The notes under the pieces were generated by a model. That model made no database searches and was not told the DNA's origin. It saw only the letters and a program-made list of their open reading frames with translations. The position numbers were made by a program, and so were the translations under genes. From Cirrosporium novae-zelandiae (lineage: Eukaryota), in contig JAPETS010000004.1 of the NCBI GenBank assembly GCA_026023565.1, positions 806,001 to 870,000 of the forward strand: a DNA stretch of 64,000 nucleotides, given 5' to 3'. Numbering within the stretch: position 1 is the stretch's first letter; each line of letters opens with the position of its first letter. Of this stretch, positions 61,339 to 64,000 are shown piece after piece.

Positions 61339-63909
61339 ATGCGTCTTTCGCTGAGAACACAGGCTATCATTAGCCTCAGCTTTCCTCTCCATAGCTTAGC
61401 CGCCTACACGTGGAACAACGTGAAGATCGGTGGTGGTGGAGGTTTTATCTCAGGAATTGTTTTCAATCCCACAACCCAGGGCGTTGCTTATGCACGAACA
61501 GATATCGGTGGTCTCTACAAACTTAACCCCGATGATGACAGTTGGACTCCTTTGACGGATGCTATCGCTGACAATACTGATTGGTATGCATGCGCTTTCT
61601 TGAGTATTTTACATGAATCATCTACTTATCTAAATCGCATCATTAGGCACAACTGGGGCATTGATGCAGTTGCTACTGACCCTGTAGACTCGAACAACCT
61701 TTACGCTGCCGTGGGCATGTACACCAATAGCTGGTAAGTAACTAAATATTTATTCACTGTTCATACGTCTTGAACTAACTCTGTTTGCTTCTCAGGGATC
61801 CTAGTTATGGTTCAATTATACGAAGTACTGATCAAGGGACGACTTGGTCCTTCACGTCTCTCTCTTTCAAAGTTGGCGGGAATATGCCTGGTCGAGGAAT
61901 GGGAGAGAGGCTTGTGGTCGATCCGAATAACAACAAGATTATCTACTTTGGGGCACGAAGTGGCAATGGACTCTGGAAAAGTACTGACCAGGGTGTTACA
62001 TTTAAGAGTGTAACAAGCTTCACTGCTGTTGGTATGTCGACCCTTTCCTTGATCATTCCATATATAGCTTTCTTCCTAGAATGTTACGCTCTACTTCGCC
62101 AAAATCTATTTTTTTATGGTCTTGGAAGCGAGATAATTACGAAGAGTCTTGCGCAAGTCTTTCAACCTACTATTACTAAAATTTGTTGTTAGGGACATAC
62201 GAGCCTGACTCCACCGATACAACTGGATATAATAATGACCTGATAGGTCTGGCCTGGATAACTTTTGATTCTACGTCTTCTCTCACCAATGGTGCTACAT
62301 CCCGCATATTTGTTGGCACTGCCTCTGAGGCAGAGTCGATTTATGTGTCCGAGGATGCAGGCGCTACGTGGTCTGCAGTATCAGGCCAACCCACAGGGTA
62401 TCTCCCTCATAAGGGCAAGCTCTCACCGGATGAAGAGACTTTATACATCACCTATAGTAATGGTGCCGGCCCTTATGATGGCACTGATGGTAGCGTTTAT
62501 CGCTATTCAATTGCTAATAAAGGTATGAATCCTCACCTGGATGTCCTGAAGTTGGTGGCGAACTTGCTAATATGATTCTAGCCTGGACGGACATTACTCC
62601 CGTTTCGGGGAGTGACCTATATTACGGGTTTGGGGGTTTAGCCGTAGATGCCCAAAATAACGGCACCATCATGGTTGCCAGCCTAAATTCTTGGTGGCCG
62701 GATGCACAAATTTTCCGTAGTAATGATAGTGGCTCGACCTGGTCTCGAATTTGGGAATGGAATGGCTATCCGAATATAAACTATTACTACAGCCATGATA
62801 CCGATAAAGCACCCTGGATTGACAATTCCCGACTCAGCAGTGACACCAAAGTACTTGGCTGGATGATTGAATCCATGGAAATTGACCCATTTGATTCGAA
62901 CCATTGGCTATATGGTACCGGTGTTACTCTTTACGGAGGCCATGACCTCGAAAAATGGGATACTATCCATAATGTCACAATATCTTCTCTTGCAGACGGA
63001 ATCGAGGAAACTGCTGTACAAAGCCTTACTTGCCCTTCGGGTGGCCCACTTCTTCTATCAGCCGTCGGGGATGTTGGTGGTTTCCGACATACATCTTTAA
63101 CCACAGCTCCAACGAAGGAATTCATGACCCCTGAGTACACAACCAACTCCGATATCGATTATGCTGGCAACACTCCTACTGAGATCGTTAGGGTTGGAAG
63201 CGATTCCTCAGATACTAATCCTCAGATCGCTCTCAGCTACGACGGCGGGGAATCTTGGTCCATCGACTATGGCGCCAGCACAGGCTATTATGGTGGTAAA
63301 GTTGCCCTATCTGCTAACGGCGACACAGTCCTCTGGTCGTCTACTAGCAACGGAGTTCTTGTCTCTCAAAACACTGCAAGCTTTTCCACCGTATCGTCTC
63401 TCCCGTCTACCGCGGCGATCGCTTCCGATAAACGCAACAACACTGTATTCTATGGGCTCTCGGGTGGTACTTTCTACGTCTCTACCAATACGGGGAAGAC
63501 TTTTACAAGTACCGCAACACTCGGTTCCTCCTCCACTGCTCGCACTATCCGCGTTAATCCCACCAAGGCTGGTGACGTATGGGCCACTACAGACACAGGA
63601 CTCTTCCACAGCACGGACTATGGTAAGACATTCACACACATGTCCTCTTCCACTCTCGCTGAAGGCTGGAGCTTCGCACTTGGCAAGGGCTCAGGTAGCT
63701 ATTGGAACTTATACGGGGTTTTCAATATAAGCGGAACGGTGGATTTATTCGAGAGCACCGATACTGGGTCCTCGTGGTCGCTTATCACTAATGATGACTT
63801 GAAGTTCGGGGCTGCAAGCGCGAACGTCGTTGCCGCGAGTCCAGATACTGCTGGGCTGGTGTACGTGGGGACGAATGGGAGAGGGATATTCTACGGGACG
63901 TCGTCATGA
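61339..63909 (+). CDS. Secreted GH74 xyloglucanase/endoglucanase without CBM1, 5 exons
   Basis: Signal peptide, then YTWNNVKIGGGGGF, YARTDIGG, KVGGNMPGRGMGERL, GAGPYDG, SWWPD, LGWMIE, GIEETAV and VYVGTNGRGIFYG. Stop at 63907-63909 with no linker or CBM. Confidence 0.94.
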
Positions 63910-64000
63910 ATACACGATGAAGCTTCAACTTTCGGAAATGACCTCGAGGGTTAATCCAGCAATTCTACTCTGAGAGAGAATTTTGTATTTTTGTCCTATC

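Noticed and set aside
1..64000. Transposases, retroelements, Starship captain genes, CRISPR arrays, secondary-metabolite backbone genes, and the many antisense or overlapping ORFs in the track
   Set aside because: No DDE, RT, integrase, tyrosine-recombinase, PKS or NRPS motifs and no repeat-spacer arrays were seen. The overlapping ORFs are shadow frames of real exons.

Overview
Eukaryotic, intron-containing DNA from a filamentous ascomycete (Pezizomycotina), judged from short GT-AG introns with CTRAY branch points, a velB gene and fungal CAZymes. The left ~44 kb is mostly conserved housekeeping genes: HEL2 (truncated by the window edge), velB, a PAR32-like gene, POL31, DGA1, eIF3b/PRT1, a SWIB-domain gene, MSH4, RSA4, RCY1, an MFS transporter, an intron-containing tRNA-Asp, a GST, MPC1, a tyrosine-phosphatase-family gene, EIS1 and kinesin-7/KipA. 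At ~45-46 kb there is a multi-C2H2 zinc-finger pseudogene with two in-frame stops and other apparent C-to-T damage, which the ORF track splits up. From 46.9 kb to the right edge lie six consecutive genes that all appear to encode secreted proteins: PL4 rhamnogalacturonan lyase, an unrecognised two-repeat Cys/Thr-rich protein, a BglX-like GH3 with a PA14 insert, GH92 alpha-1,2-mannosidase, GH125 alpha-1,6-mannosidase and GH74 xyloglucanase. Several of their promoters carry clustered CreA-type sites. This candidate fungal glycan-utilisation cluster is the most interesting system in the window. Gene identities come from recognising motifs by eye and exon boundaries were read manually; no database searches were run.
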